Part shown: one piece after another, positions 44,741 to 54,676 of the stretch
Numbering within the stretch: the first letter of the stretch is position 1
Layout of the letters: every line of letters begins with the position of its first letter
From: Abditibacterium sp.
GTDB lineage: Bacteria; Armatimonadota; Abditibacteriia; Abditibacteriales; Abditibacteriaceae
DNA: 64,000 nucleotides
Direction of reading: 5' to 3'
NCBI GenBank assembly: GCA_965246885.1
Contig: OZ251992.1
Span: forward strand, 608,001 to 672,000
The notes under the pieces: generated by a model
Told to the model about the DNA's origin: nothing
The model's database searches: none
The model's input: the letters and a program-made list of their open reading frames with translations, nothing else
Made by a program: the position numbers and the translations under genes

Positions 44741-46630
44741 ATGTCCGAATCTCTGACCTCCCACGACGAGCAACTCTTCTTCCCGTCCGCCCACGTCCTG
44801 CAAAAGTCGCTGACGCCCGACTTCGACGCCCTGCGCGAGGCGGCCAACGCCGACCCCGAAGCGTTTTGGGCCGAGCAAGCGCGCGCCCTCGAATGGTTCT
44901 CGCCTTGGCACACCGTTAAGACGTGGGACGCTTCGGTTCCCAAAGTCGAGTGGTTCGTCGGCGCGACGTGCAACATCACCTTCAACGCCCTCGACCGCCA
45001 CGTCAAATCCGGCCTCGGCGAGAAGGTCGCTTACCGCTTCGTGCCCGAACAGGGCGCGGACGAGGCGTACTCCGTCACCTACTCGCAACTGTTGGAGCGC
45101 GTGGGCCGCTTGGCGAACGCGCTCCGCTCGCTTGGCGTGCGCGAAGGCGACCGCGTCACCATCTACATGGCCCTCACGCCCGACCTGCCCGCCGCCATGC
45201 TCGCGTGCGCCCGCATCGGCGCCATTCACTGCGTCGTGTATGCCGGATTCTCCGCGCCCGCCCTCAAGCAACGCATCGAAGATAGCGGCTCCAAAGTCGT
45301 CATTTCCAGCGACCTCGGCTGGCGGCGCGGCAAGCGCGTGGACTTGGCGGGCATCGTCGGTGAAGCGACCCAAGGCGTGGCGTGCGTCGAAGCGCAAATC
45401 GTGCAACGGCGCGGAGAAGGCGCCCTCCCCGATGGTGCGCACGACATGGAAACCCTGCTCGCCGCGCAGTCGCCCACCTGCGCACCCGCCGTGCTTTCTT
45501 CCGAAGCGCCGCTCTTTTACCTTTACACTTCCGGCACGACGGGCAAGCCCAAGGGCATCTGCCACGTTCACGGCGGCTACGGCGTCGGCACCAGCTACAC
45601 CCACCGCCTCGCCTTCGACTTGCACCCCGACGACATCTTCTTCTGCTCCGCCGATCCAGGCTGGATTACTGGCCACTCGTACGTCGTGTATGGCCCCTTG
45701 ATTAATGGCGCGACCGTCGTGTTGGCCGAAGGCGCGCTCGACTTCCCCGACGCGGGGCGCTGGTGGAGCATTGTCGAGCAGGAGCGCATCACCATCTTCT
45801 ACTCGACACCCACCGCCATCCGCGCCCTGATGCGCTTTGGCGACGAGTTCCCCGCCCAATACGACCTGTCCTCCTTGCGCGTGCTCGGCAGCGTCGGCGA
45901 ACCCATCAACCCCGAAGCGTGGCTGTGGTTTTACCACAACATCGGCCACGACAACTGCGCCCTCGTGGATACGTGGTGGCAAACCGAAACCGGGCAGTTC
46001 CTCATTTCCACCGTGCCGTCCTACCCCGCCAAGCCCGGCGCCCCCGGCAAGCCGTACCCCGGCATCATCGCCCGCGTCGTCAACCAAGCGGGGGAGGAAG
46101 TGCCCCGCAACGAGCAGGGGTTTCTCGTCATTGACTCGCAGTGGCCCGCCATGATGCGCACTATCTTCGGCGACCACGACCGCTACGCGGGCTATTGGAA
46201 CACCATTCCCGGCTTTTACTCCGTCGGCGACGCCGCTAAGATGGACGACGACGGCTACATTCGCGTTATTGGCCGCACCGACGACGTGTTGAACGTCTCC
46301 GGCTACCGCATCGGCACCGCCGAAGTGGAATCCGCGCTCGTCAGCCACCCCGCCGTCGCCGAAAGCGCCGTCATCGGCATCCCCGACGCCCTCAAGGGCG
46401 AGGCCATCAAAGCCTTCGTCATCCTGCGCGTGGGCCACGAAGCGTCCGACGCGCTCGCCGCCGAACTCAAAAAGCACGTCCGCGTCGAACTTTCGCCCAT
46501 CGCCATGCCCGCCGCTATCGAGTTCGTGCCCAGCTTGCCCAAGACCCGGAGTGGCAAAATCATGCGCCGCGTGCTGAAAGCCAAAGAGTTAGGCACCGCG
46601 ACAGGCGATGTCTCGACTTTGGAGGATTAA
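44741..46630 (+). CDS. acs: Acetate--CoA ligase
   Basis: YTSGTTGKPKG, GWITGHSY, DTWWQTETG, GRTDDV, PKTRSGKIMRR. Confidence 0.95.
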   Translation: MSESLTSHDEQLFFPSAHVLQKSLTPDFDALREAANADPEAFWAEQARALEWFSPWHTVKTWDASVPKVEWFVGATCNITFNALDRHVKSGLGEKVAYRFVPEQGADEAYSVTYSQLLERVGRLANALRSLGVREGDRVTIYMALTPDLPAAMLACARIGAIHCVVYAGFSAPALKQRIEDSGSKVVISSDLGWRRGKRVDLAGIVGEATQGVACVEAQIVQRRGEGALPDGAHDMETLLAAQSPTCAPAVLSSEAPLFYLYTSGTTGKPKGICHVHGGYGVGTSYTHRLAFDLHPDDIFFCSADPGWITGHSYVVYGPLINGATVVLAEGALDFPDAGRWWSIVEQERITIFYSTPTAIRALMRFGDEFPAQYDLSSLRVLGSVGEPINPEAWLWFYHNIGHDNCALVDTWWQTETGQFLISTVPSYPAKPGAPGKPYPGIIARVVNQAGEEVPRNEQGFLVIDSQWPAMMRTIFGDHDRYAGYWNTIPGFYSVGDAAKMDDDGYIRVIGRTDDVLNVSGYRIGTAEVESALVSHPAVAESAVIGIPDALKGEAIKAFVILRVGHEASDALAAELKKHVRVELSPIAMPAAIEFVPSLPKTRSGKIMRRVLKAKELGTATGDVSTLED

Positions 46631-47547
46631 GCCGCCGCCCACTCCGCCAACAAATCCGGCGCGTGTTCGCGCAGCCACTCGCGCAGGAAAAGGTGCGCTT
46701 CGAGCCGCTCGTGTTCGGAGGGCGGGTCAACTTCGATTCTTATATCTGCTGATTGCCAACTGCTGTAGTGGAACGCAAACGGGCGCGGTGCCCATCGGCG
46801 CTGGGCAAAAGGCCCCGAAAAGACAGGGTGATTTCTCTCGAAGGCCCTATCCCATACGCGCGGCAGGCGCCCGTTCTCCAACTCTTCAGGGAAAACAGCC
46901 CAAAGGCGCCCTTGCAAGCTCTGGATGAATCCCAATTGTCGGTCGTCACCGGGATGCTCAATTTGAAGCGCTGCGCGTGCAACGGCCCGCAACTCCGTAT
47001 AGTTCCCGCGCCTCCACTCGACGCCGAACAGCCGCCGCCCTTCAGAGTTGCTCATTAAAAACTGGCGCACTGCCGCCGCTTCGGAATTCAGATTGCGCCA
47101 TTCGCGCCCCAACAACCGCGCAAAGTGGGCGCCTTCTCGAATCCACGCGCCGCGCATCCAATCACACTGGGCCTCAAACATCACCGCCTCGAGTGTGTCG
47201 GGGCGCATCAAGAACGACTTCCGCTCCCGCCACAGCACCCGCCAGAAGCGCGTAGGGTCGTTTGGGTCGGGCAGCGAGATGGCGCGGCCCCATTGCCGCT
47301 CTGTCAGCCCGCGTTCGAGTAGGAACTTCAGATGCCCGAAGTCGCCTGCACGCGCCGTTTCCGTCAACTCTTCCGAATAGTTATCGAACACGCCCAACCA
47401 ATCCGCGTGCCCTTCCAAGCGCAACCAGAAATCGTCCCCGCTTTGCAGGACGTGGAAGCGGTTGACCTCGTGCTTGGCGGAAATCTGCGCGTCGAAGGAG
47501 AAAAGCGGCGCAAAGTCGGGGCGCAGAAGGGGGTCGGGGAGCGGCAC
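46627..47547 (-). CDS. Hypothetical Trp/Arg-rich protein (paralog of neighbour)
   Basis: Starts MPLP; C-terminal PPSEHERLEAHLFLREW. Confidence 0.7.
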   Translation of the reverse strand: MPLPDPLLRPDFAPLFSFDAQISAKHEVNRFHVLQSGDDFWLRLEGHADWLGVFDNYSEELTETARAGDFGHLKFLLERGLTERQWGRAISLPDPNDPTRFWRVLWRERKSFLMRPDTLEAVMFEAQCDWMRGAWIREGAHFARLLGREWRNLNSEAAAVRQFLMSNSEGRRLFGVEWRRGNYTELRAVARAALQIEHPGDDRQLGFIQSLQGRLWAVFPEELENGRLPRVWDRAFERNHPVFSGPFAQRRWAPRPFAFHYSSWQSADIRIEVDPPSEHERLEAHLFLREWLREHAPDLLAEWAAA

Positions 47548-47550
47548 GGC

Positions 47551-48435
47551 TTAAAGTTTGGGCAGCAGAAGCCGCAGTTCGTCGGGCGGAATTTTGCCCT
47601 GCGCCCACTCGCGCAAAAACAGCGCGGCTTCGAGTTGTTCGTGGGCGGTGGGCGGCGTCAGTGGGAATTGAATGTGTGGGCCGGTGGGAGACTGCGCGAC
47701 ACAACGGCGGGCGGCGGATAAAACCGGGTCGCGGTGCCATTGGAAATGCGCGGACAAGTAGCGGTTCCAGCGTCGCACGCGCGCATCGGAGCGCTTGTGT
47801 TGGCCGAAGCCGGAAAACCAACTTCCGTTCCAAGAAGCCCCAACATAATCTCGATCCATGCGGCACACCACCGCAACCGCGCGCGTGAACTGCTCCAATT
47901 CGTCGAGACTGCCGCGCGTCCAAACAGCCGCCCGCCGCCCGCGTTCGTGCAACGAAAGCCGCGACCAATCGCGCGCAAAACGGATGTCGGAATCGGGGCG
48001 CGCCAACTCGCACTCCCAATGCGCGCTTTCGGACAATTGGAAAGGAGCCGCATATAAATTCGTGCCGTCGCCGTCCCAATTGCCCTCGCGCCCGTTGGAA
48101 TGTAGAAAGAGCCAGTCGCACTCCCACATTTGTGCGCGCCCGAAATGCCCGCCTTCCAGCGCGGCTTCGATTGCCTCTTGCGGCGGCTGCACACCCTCGA
48201 ACAAGCATGGTAGGCCCGATGTGTCGCATACAAGTCGCGTCGTCGCGTCGCCCTCGACCCGGAAAAAGAGCAACACATAATTTGGATTGCCCGTAACCCC
48301 GACTCTCCGCGCGCAAATCAGCGCGCGCCCACCGTTCCAGTTGGTTTCAAAGTGAGCATCGGCGAACCCTTCGCGCGGCCCGTCACCGAGCGGTGGCCAT
48401 TCGTCGGGCGCGAAATCGAAGCGGGGCAGGGGCAT
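47551..48435 (-). CDS. Hypothetical Trp/Arg-rich protein (paralog of neighbour)
   Basis: Starts MPLP; C-terminal PPTAHEQLEAALFLREW. Confidence 0.7.
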   Translation of the reverse strand: MPLPRFDFAPDEWPPLGDGPREGFADAHFETNWNGGRALICARRVGVTGNPNYVLLFFRVEGDATTRLVCDTSGLPCLFEGVQPPQEAIEAALEGGHFGRAQMWECDWLFLHSNGREGNWDGDGTNLYAAPFQLSESAHWECELARPDSDIRFARDWSRLSLHERGRRAAVWTRGSLDELEQFTRAVAVVCRMDRDYVGASWNGSWFSGFGQHKRSDARVRRWNRYLSAHFQWHRDPVLSAARRCVAQSPTGPHIQFPLTPPTAHEQLEAALFLREWAQGKIPPDELRLLLPKL

Positions 48436-48505
48436 AGGCCAAGTAAAACATCCCGCCCCTGCTATATTGTTGGCGCCGCCTTTGCCGTTGGGCGCGCCTG
48501 TTTTA

Positions 48506-49714
48506 ATGACTTCCTCTCCGTTTCGCTCCTTTTGGATGGGCGGGTTCGAGTGTTCCACGCATCGCCGCCACGACGGGCACCGGCTCGACTGCACCGCTTC
48601 GACGCGGCACGATGAGTTTGCGCGCGCCGATTACGAGCGGATGTTGAGTTTTGGGATGCGCACGGCGCGCGATGGGGTACGTTGGCATTTGTGCGAGAAG
48701 CGGCTGGGACATTACCAATGGGGCAGCGCGCTCCCGCAAGTGCGCGCGGCGCGCGAAACGGGGATGCAGGTGATTTGGGACATCTTCCACTATGGCTGGC
48801 CCGACGACATCAACATTTTCGGGCCGCGCTTCCCGGATGCTTTGGGGCGCTTCGCCGGAGCGTTCGCGCGCTTGCTGCGCGAGGAATCGGACGAGGTGCC
48901 GATATTCGCCGTCGTCAACGAGATGTCGTTCCTGTCGTGGATTGGCGGCGACGCCGGGTTTTTCGCGCCCTATTCGCACGCGCGCGGCGACGAACTCAAG
49001 CAGTGTTTGGCGCGCGCCTGCATCGTCGCCATCGAAGCCATCCGCGAAGTTTTCCCCGCCGCGCGCATCATTCACCCCGAACCCGTCGTGAGCGTGGTGC
49101 CCGCCGACAATTCGCCGCGCGCGAAAGAGGATGCTTATTGGCGCCACCAGTCGCAGTTCTGGGCGCTCGACATGATTTGCGGGCGCGACCATCCCGAACT
49201 GGGCGGGCGCGAAGAGTTGCTCGACATCGTGGGCGCGAACTACTACTCCTACAATCAGTGGCGCTTTCCCGGCGGGCACGGCTCGACCGTCGCGCCGTCC
49301 GACCCGCAATACCGCCCGCTCTCCGAATTACTGGGCGAACTCTGGGGCCGCTTCGGGCGCCCGATTCTGCTCAGCGAGACCGGCATCGAACACGAAGCGC
49401 GCGCGCCTTGGCTCCAGTACATCGGGCGGGAAGCGCGCGCCGCGATTAAAAACGGCGTGCCACTTTTGGGCGTCTGCTGGTATCCCATTGTCAACCACCC
49501 CGGGTGGGACGACGACCGTCATTGCCAAAACGGGCTGTGGGACTACCCGAACGAGCGCGGCGAACGCGCCGCCGACCCCGCCCTCGCCGCCGAGTTCCGC
49601 GCGCAAATGGAACTCACCGCCGCCGACGCGCAAGACCGCGCACCCGACATGGAACTGCTCGCCCGCGCCGCGACTGAGCAGGGCGACGAAGCGGGCGAAT
49701 CACGTAGCGCCTGA
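48506..49714 (+). CDS. GH1-like (clan GH-A) beta-glycosidase
   Basis: FWMGGFECSTH, RDGVRWH, VNEMSF acid/base, LSETG nucleophile, CWYP. Confidence 0.82.
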   Translation: MTSSPFRSFWMGGFECSTHRRHDGHRLDCTASTRHDEFARADYERMLSFGMRTARDGVRWHLCEKRLGHYQWGSALPQVRAARETGMQVIWDIFHYGWPDDINIFGPRFPDALGRFAGAFARLLREESDEVPIFAVVNEMSFLSWIGGDAGFFAPYSHARGDELKQCLARACIVAIEAIREVFPAARIIHPEPVVSVVPADNSPRAKEDAYWRHQSQFWALDMICGRDHPELGGREELLDIVGANYYSYNQWRFPGGHGSTVAPSDPQYRPLSELLGELWGRFGRPILLSETGIEHEARAPWLQYIGREARAAIKNGVPLLGVCWYPIVNHPGWDDDRHCQNGLWDYPNERGERAADPALAAEFRAQMELTAADAQDRAPDMELLARAATEQGDEAGESRSA

Positions 49715-49793
49715 ACAGAACCCGGAGCGGAAGCGACGCGGCTCACATCGGATACCCCCGTTGAGCCGCGCCGCTTCCGCTCCGGGTTCTGTT
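49714..49793. repeat. 32-bp inverted repeat (REP-like) between convergent genes
   Basis: aacagaacccggagcggaagcgacgcggctca / tgagccgcgccgcttccgctccgggttctgtt; GAACCC.GAGCGG start shared with the 4335 element. Confidence 0.85.
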
Positions 49794-52700
49794 TCATTCG
49801 CTCCACTTCCACTCGCGCAGCCAATAGCGCGCGCCTTGCGCGTTGCCGCCCAAGCCTTGGCGCAGATAGTCGCGGGCGGGCGCAGCGAAAGCGAGAGCTT
49901 CGACGGGGTTGCCCGCCAAGCCGTTCTTTTGAAGCGCCCCGGCCAAATCGAAGCGCGCGGTGTGCCATTGCCCATCGGTGCGCACGTCCTCGATGGCGCC
50001 CAAAGTGGGCTGGTTGTCCTCGGGTTTCGCGCTTCCGCCCGTCCAAGCGATTTCGCGCCAACTGCCGCCCACGTGGGCGTAGAGGTTGAGTTTCACATCG
50101 GGGGTGGCGCGGTATTGAAAACTGAAGGCGCCCTTTCCGGTGCCAAGGGCGGCGGCACCTTTGGCGGCGGTGAGCGTCCAATCGCCGCCGTCGCGCGGGT
50201 TGCGAACTTCGACGGCGCCCTGTGGCGCGGGGGAAAGCAGCGCCGAAACGTCGCGGCCCGTTCCGCGCGCCGAAAAGCCTGCAAGCGCGGTGACGCCGGA
50301 GAGCACAACCCGCGCGTCGGGCGCAAGCGGAGCCAAGCCGTTGTGCCACAAGCGCACGCGAGCGAGCGACAAGGCGCCGTTTTTCGTCCAAAACGCGAGG
50401 CGGTTCGCGTTGCCAACGGCGAGGGGGTTAGTGTCCTCGTAGTCGCCCAACGGCTGGCCGTTCGCGCTCCACCGGAAACGCACGCCGCGCGCCGTGTGGC
50501 GGCGCTCCAAGCGGATGTAAAACCAGTCTTGGTGCGTTTCGCCCGCGCTCGGCGGCATCTGGAAGGGCTTGGCGAGCGCCACAGCGTTCTCGCGCCAGAT
50601 GAGGTTTTGCGAGCGATTGCGCGCGCCGAAGGCGAAGGAGTAGCCACCCGAAATGCTCCGTCCGTCGCCAACGGAGATGTTCAGGTCGGTGGGCGAGCGC
50701 TCGCCGCGCGTTAAGTCCATCGGCGTCGCCATGTACGCTTCGAGCGTCCAATCTCCCTTGAGGGCGAAGCGGCTCCACAAAAGCGGGAACTCGTCGTTTT
50801 GCCCCGCGAAGAAGCTCCACTGCGGGCTGCACGTCCAGCGTTCGGCCACTTCCCAATCGCCGCGCGCGGGGTGCCAATCAACGGGCGCGGTCGTGAACGC
50901 GTAGTCGAGTTGGTTGGGCGTGCTCGCGCGGCAAGCGGCCCAGTCGAGGCCCGACCCATCCCCCGGCGCGCGCAGAATCTGAAGCATGAGCGAACCGGGA
51001 GCATGGACGGCGCCCACCGCCGCGCGCATGGTGTCCACGTCCGTCACGCGCGCGCCGTTGGCACTGCGCACCACATCGCCGTTGCGAAAGCCCGCGACCT
51101 GAGCGGGAGAACCGGCTTCGACATTATCAATGACGGCGCCCGTCGCGTCGGGCAACCCCATATCGCGCGCAATGGCGGGCGAGACCGGCGTGATGTTGAC
51201 ACCAATCACCGTATGGCCGTCGCGCTCGAAGGTTGTGGCGCGGATGTCCAGCTTTTGGAGAGGAGGAATGGGGATGGGCGCCGCGCCGCGCGTTGGCTCG
51301 ATGCCAATCTTGGTGCCGCCTGCGCCTTGCACGGTCAAAACGCGCGCGCCGTTCCACCCAAGCGTCGTGGAAAAGGAGCCATCGGCTTGGGGCGTGCGGC
51401 GCAGTTGCACGCCGTTGGAAGCAGGGGCGGCGGGCAACGCGACAGTTTTGCCGCCCGCGAGGGCGCGGAGTTTTCCGGCATGGCGCTCCAACAACACGGA
51501 CGGCGCGCCGCTTTGCGGTGCTTCCGTTGTGGCGCCGAGATAAAAGCGGTAGCCTTGCCCTTCGGCGAGTTTGGGCAGGGGCACATCAAGGGTAGCGGCG
51601 CCCCAAAAGTCGCCGGTGTGCCACCAGATGCCGCGCGCGTCGCGCTTCCATGCGCTCGCGGCGCTGGCCCAGTTGCGCATCAGGCGGTCTTTGACCAAGC
51701 GGTCGGGCAACTGCCCTTCGCCCGCTTGCTCCGGCCCGTTTTGGACGCGCACATCGTCGAAATCCACTAAACTCAGCGCGCCCGTTTGGGCGCGCAGGGC
51801 AACCCCGCCCTGCGCGAGGTCGCACGCCGCGCGCGCCACTTCGCGGCCATCGAACAGCAAGCGCACAGCGCCGTTGCTCGGTTCCAAGCGCAAGCGGTGC
51901 CACTCGCCAATGGCGGCGTCGAAGGGCGCGCTATGCGCAACTTCGCGCTGATGTATGAAGGGCGCATTGTGCCCACGTTCACTCATAAGGATGCGCGCCA
52001 CGCCCTTGCGGAAATCCACCTCGCCGCGCACGCCCGAAGTGCCCGACTCGAACGCTTCCAAACCGGCGACGAGGGGGGAACTGTCGTCGCCTTCGGGCGC
52101 GACGGCGCGTACAGAAGCGGAAACGGCGTAGCTGTTCCAGAACCATTTTCCGGTGTGCGCCTCATGAGCGTTCCCGCCCGCCGCGCGGAACACGAAGGGG
52201 TTGGGACTTAAAGAAGCGTCGGCTTTGGGGCCGAGAGTGCCGGATGTCTTCCAACCGGCGTCCGCGCTCCACACGCTCGCCGCTTCGGGCGAACCGGGGC
52301 CGTCGGCGCGCATGAAGTCGTCGCGGAACACGACGGGTTCGGTCGGCTGCCACTGCGCATCGAGCCGCTTCCACCCACCCGACACGCGCATCCCGAAGCG
52401 GACGCCGCCCAAGTCGGTCTGCATCTGCGCCTTGACGTGCCCGTTCCATAACACCTTGAAGTCGCTGCCAACGCGGATAATACCAATCTCGCCCGCGTCG
52501 CCGTCCAACGCAAACTTTTTGCTCCGTATTGCCAGTGTTCCCGCCATCGGTATCCAGCCTTTTCCAGCATTGAACATGGCCTTGGCTTGGCGCCGCACCT
52601 CGCCCATCAACTTCCCATCCTCGCGGAAGACGGAGACAATGACGGCGTTATCCTTGTCTTGCCCGAACAGCCATGCCGCTTCGCCTTGGCCCGGCGCTTC

Positions 52701-52856
52701 GAGGCGGGCGCGGTAGCTCCAGCGCGCTTCGAGGTCGTCCTCGGAATATCGAAACGGCATGGCGCGTGCTTCGAGTGGATGGGGTTTGGGATTGGCCAAC
52801 GAGGCGCGGGCGCCGCCCAACAAGGGCAGCAAGAGGAGCAAGCGCAGGGAGTGCAT
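49794..52856 (-). CDS. Large secreted beta-sandwich protein with internal PDZ domain
   Basis: Signal peptide; LamG/DUF1080-like segments (WHRLRLE, DFDDVRV); PDZ IGVNITPV..GAVIDNVEAGSPAQVAGFRNGDVV. Confidence 0.75.
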   Translation of the reverse strand: MHSLRLLLLLPLLGGARASLANPKPHPLEARAMPFRYSEDDLEARWSYRARLEAPGQGEAAWLFGQDKDNAVIVSVFREDGKLMGEVRRQAKAMFNAGKGWIPMAGTLAIRSKKFALDGDAGEIGIIRVGSDFKVLWNGHVKAQMQTDLGGVRFGMRVSGGWKRLDAQWQPTEPVVFRDDFMRADGPGSPEAASVWSADAGWKTSGTLGPKADASLSPNPFVFRAAGGNAHEAHTGKWFWNSYAVSASVRAVAPEGDDSSPLVAGLEAFESGTSGVRGEVDFRKGVARILMSERGHNAPFIHQREVAHSAPFDAAIGEWHRLRLEPSNGAVRLLFDGREVARAACDLAQGGVALRAQTGALSLVDFDDVRVQNGPEQAGEGQLPDRLVKDRLMRNWASAASAWKRDARGIWWHTGDFWGAATLDVPLPKLAEGQGYRFYLGATTEAPQSGAPSVLLERHAGKLRALAGGKTVALPAAPASNGVQLRRTPQADGSFSTTLGWNGARVLTVQGAGGTKIGIEPTRGAAPIPIPPLQKLDIRATTFERDGHTVIGVNITPVSPAIARDMGLPDATGAVIDNVEAGSPAQVAGFRNGDVVRSANGARVTDVDTMRAAVGAVHAPGSLMLQILRAPGDGSGLDWAACRASTPNQLDYAFTTAPVDWHPARGDWEVAERWTCSPQWSFFAGQNDEFPLLWSRFALKGDWTLEAYMATPMDLTRGERSPTDLNISVGDGRSISGGYSFAFGARNRSQNLIWRENAVALAKPFQMPPSAGETHQDWFYIRLERRHTARGVRFRWSANGQPLGDYEDTNPLAVGNANRLAFWTKNGALSLARVRLWHNGLAPLAPDARVVLSGVTALAGFSARGTGRDVSALLSPAPQGAVEVRNPRDGGDWTLTAAKGAAALGTGKGAFSFQYRATPDVKLNLYAHVGGSWREIAWTGGSAKPEDNQPTLGAIEDVRTDGQWHTARFDLAGALQKNGLAGNPVEALAFAAPARDYLRQGLGGNAQGARYWLREWKWSE

Positions 52857-52963
52857 GGGGTCTTGGTTGGACTTGTCATGGAAGGTGGGGGTTCCGGCCC
52901 TTGACACATCGGGGCACCGGCATTGCTTGCGTACAGTGTGTTCTACGGAACAGGAGCGAATCA

Positions 52964-53554
52964 ATGACAGCTACAACCCAAATTCAGTGGCGCCACGACA
53001 TCATGGGCGCGCGGGCCGAAGCGCAGGCTTCCGACGGAAAAAAGATGGTGCTCATCGAGTGCTTCTCGCCGACGTGCATCTCCTGCAAAAACATGGAAGA
53101 GCGGACATGGAGCGACGACATGGTGCAGCAGATACTCGAAACCGAGACCGTCCCGGTGCAACTCAACGTGTTGGAAGACCCCTCCACTGGCAAACCGCCG
53201 CTCCTCGCGTATTGGACGCCGACAATCATCGCCATGTGCAAAGACGGCAACATCCACCGGCGCTGGATGGGTTTCTTGCCACCGCACGAGTTTCTCGGCG
53301 AACTCGCGCTGTCGCGCGTAGCGTATGCCCTCGCCCGCCAAGATTATGGGGAAGCGCACCGGTTGGCCCAAGAAGCGACGCAGTGGACGGAAAACGACGA
53401 AGTGCGGCACTCCGAAGCGCTCTATTGGCAAGCCGTGTCCGCGTACAAGGCGAGCGACAACCAAGAACTGCTCATCGCCGGTTGGAAAGATTTGCTCTCC
53501 CGCTTCCCACATTCCGAGTGGGCCAAGCGCGTGGACTTCGCCGCCAGTTTGTAG
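52964..53554 (+). CDS. Thioredoxin-fold protein with C-terminal TPR-like helices
   Basis: CISC CxxC, WTPT cis-Pro loop, GFLPP, EALYW..YK..FPHSEWA. Confidence 0.8.
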   Translation: MTATTQIQWRHDIMGARAEAQASDGKKMVLIECFSPTCISCKNMEERTWSDDMVQQILETETVPVQLNVLEDPSTGKPPLLAYWTPTIIAMCKDGNIHRRWMGFLPPHEFLGELALSRVAYALARQDYGEAHRLAQEATQWTENDEVRHSEALYWQAVSAYKASDNQELLIAGWKDLLSRFPHSEWAKRVDFAASL

Positions 53555-53760
53555 ACGGACGGCGGCGGGCCATTCCCAGACGTCTGGGAACGATCTCCGG
53601 ACGTCTGTCACTCATTCACGGACATCCGTCAGTGATTCCCAGATGTCGGCGGCGGGATGACAGACGTCTGTCAGGCGCCCGCCGCCGTCCCGCAATGCCT
53701 GACAGACGTCTGGGAATAGTCGCCAGACGGCGGTGGACGGTTCACCGATACTCCGGCAAC
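53551..53760. repeat. Degenerate 21-bp-period repeat array (about 10 units, CAGACGTCTG core)
   Basis: attcccagacgtctgggaacg, gatgacagacgtctgtcaggc, cctgacagacgtctgggaata, etc. Confidence 0.8.
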
Positions 53761-53776
53761 TCCTACACTGGGCAGT

Positions 53777-54619
53777 ATGAATTTCGTTCGTCTCGTTTTG
53801 CCAGTCGCCGCTGTCTGGGGCGCCTCGTCGTGCGCCCAGTCTGCACCAAAAGTCGTCCAAGTCCCACACAACGCCTCCGCTCCAGCGTCCGCCAAGGCGA
53901 CTCCGGCCAAGGTGAAGTTGTTTGACGCCCACGAGCACCAATGGCAAGGCACCGGCACCAAGCGCACCCGCCCGCGCTTCGGCGTTAAAGGCAAGAACGG
54001 CTTCTTTTTCACGTCGGGCATGACCATTGACGCCGACGGAAGCCCGCGCGCGTTCAACCGCGTCTCCTCCAAAGGCTTGGACGACCTCCAAAACGCGGGG
54101 CACCCCGGCAACTGGTGGGGCATCATGACAAACAACGGCGAAACATCGGGCCGCCCCATCATGCAACGCAAAGGCGACCCGGCGCCCGGTTTTTATATCT
54201 CCCAAACCGGCCTCGAAGACACCAGCAAGCGCGAAACCGACCCGAACCGCTACGTGGATGCCGAACGCGTGCCCTACATTGTCCTGAGCGGCACCAAGAA
54301 GCAGAACATGGACGCCCAATTTGGCGACTACGCCGTCGTGCTCAACAAAGCCAACGGCAAATACGCCTTTGCGCTGTGCGGCGACGAGTGGCCCGAAGTC
54401 AAAATCGGCGAAGGCTCCATCGCCCTCGCCAAAGCCATCGGCGTTCCCGCCGACCCGCGCGACGGCGGCGTGGACGACGGCATCGTCTATCTCATCTTCC
54501 CCCACTCGCGCCGCACTCCTTGGCACGCGGGCGAAACCCTGAAGCAAACCGATGCCGCCGCGCAAAAAGTCTTGGACGCCTGGGGCGGCATCGAGCAACT
54601 GCGGGCGCTGGCGAAGTAA
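53777..54619 (+). CDS. GH75-family chitosanase-like exported protein
   Basis: MTIDADG, YVDAERVPYIVL, GDYAVV, GDEWP..IGEGSIALA. Confidence 0.78.
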   Translation: MNFVRLVLPVAAVWGASSCAQSAPKVVQVPHNASAPASAKATPAKVKLFDAHEHQWQGTGTKRTRPRFGVKGKNGFFFTSGMTIDADGSPRAFNRVSSKGLDDLQNAGHPGNWWGIMTNNGETSGRPIMQRKGDPAPGFYISQTGLEDTSKRETDPNRYVDAERVPYIVLSGTKKQNMDAQFGDYAVVLNKANGKYAFALCGDEWPEVKIGEGSIALAKAIGVPADPRDGGVDDGIVYLIFPHSRRTPWHAGETLKQTDAAAQKVLDAWGGIEQLRALAK

Positions 54620-54676
54620 GGCTCCGCTTAGTCAATTCTCTATCCAGCGCACGCGGCGCCCCTTAAACTTCTACCC

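Noticed and set aside
53551..53760. CRISPR array (also considered for 3438-3605 and 60013-60178)
   Set aside because: Period is only 21 bp, there is no invariant repeat with unique 25-45-bp spacers, and no cas genes are in the window.
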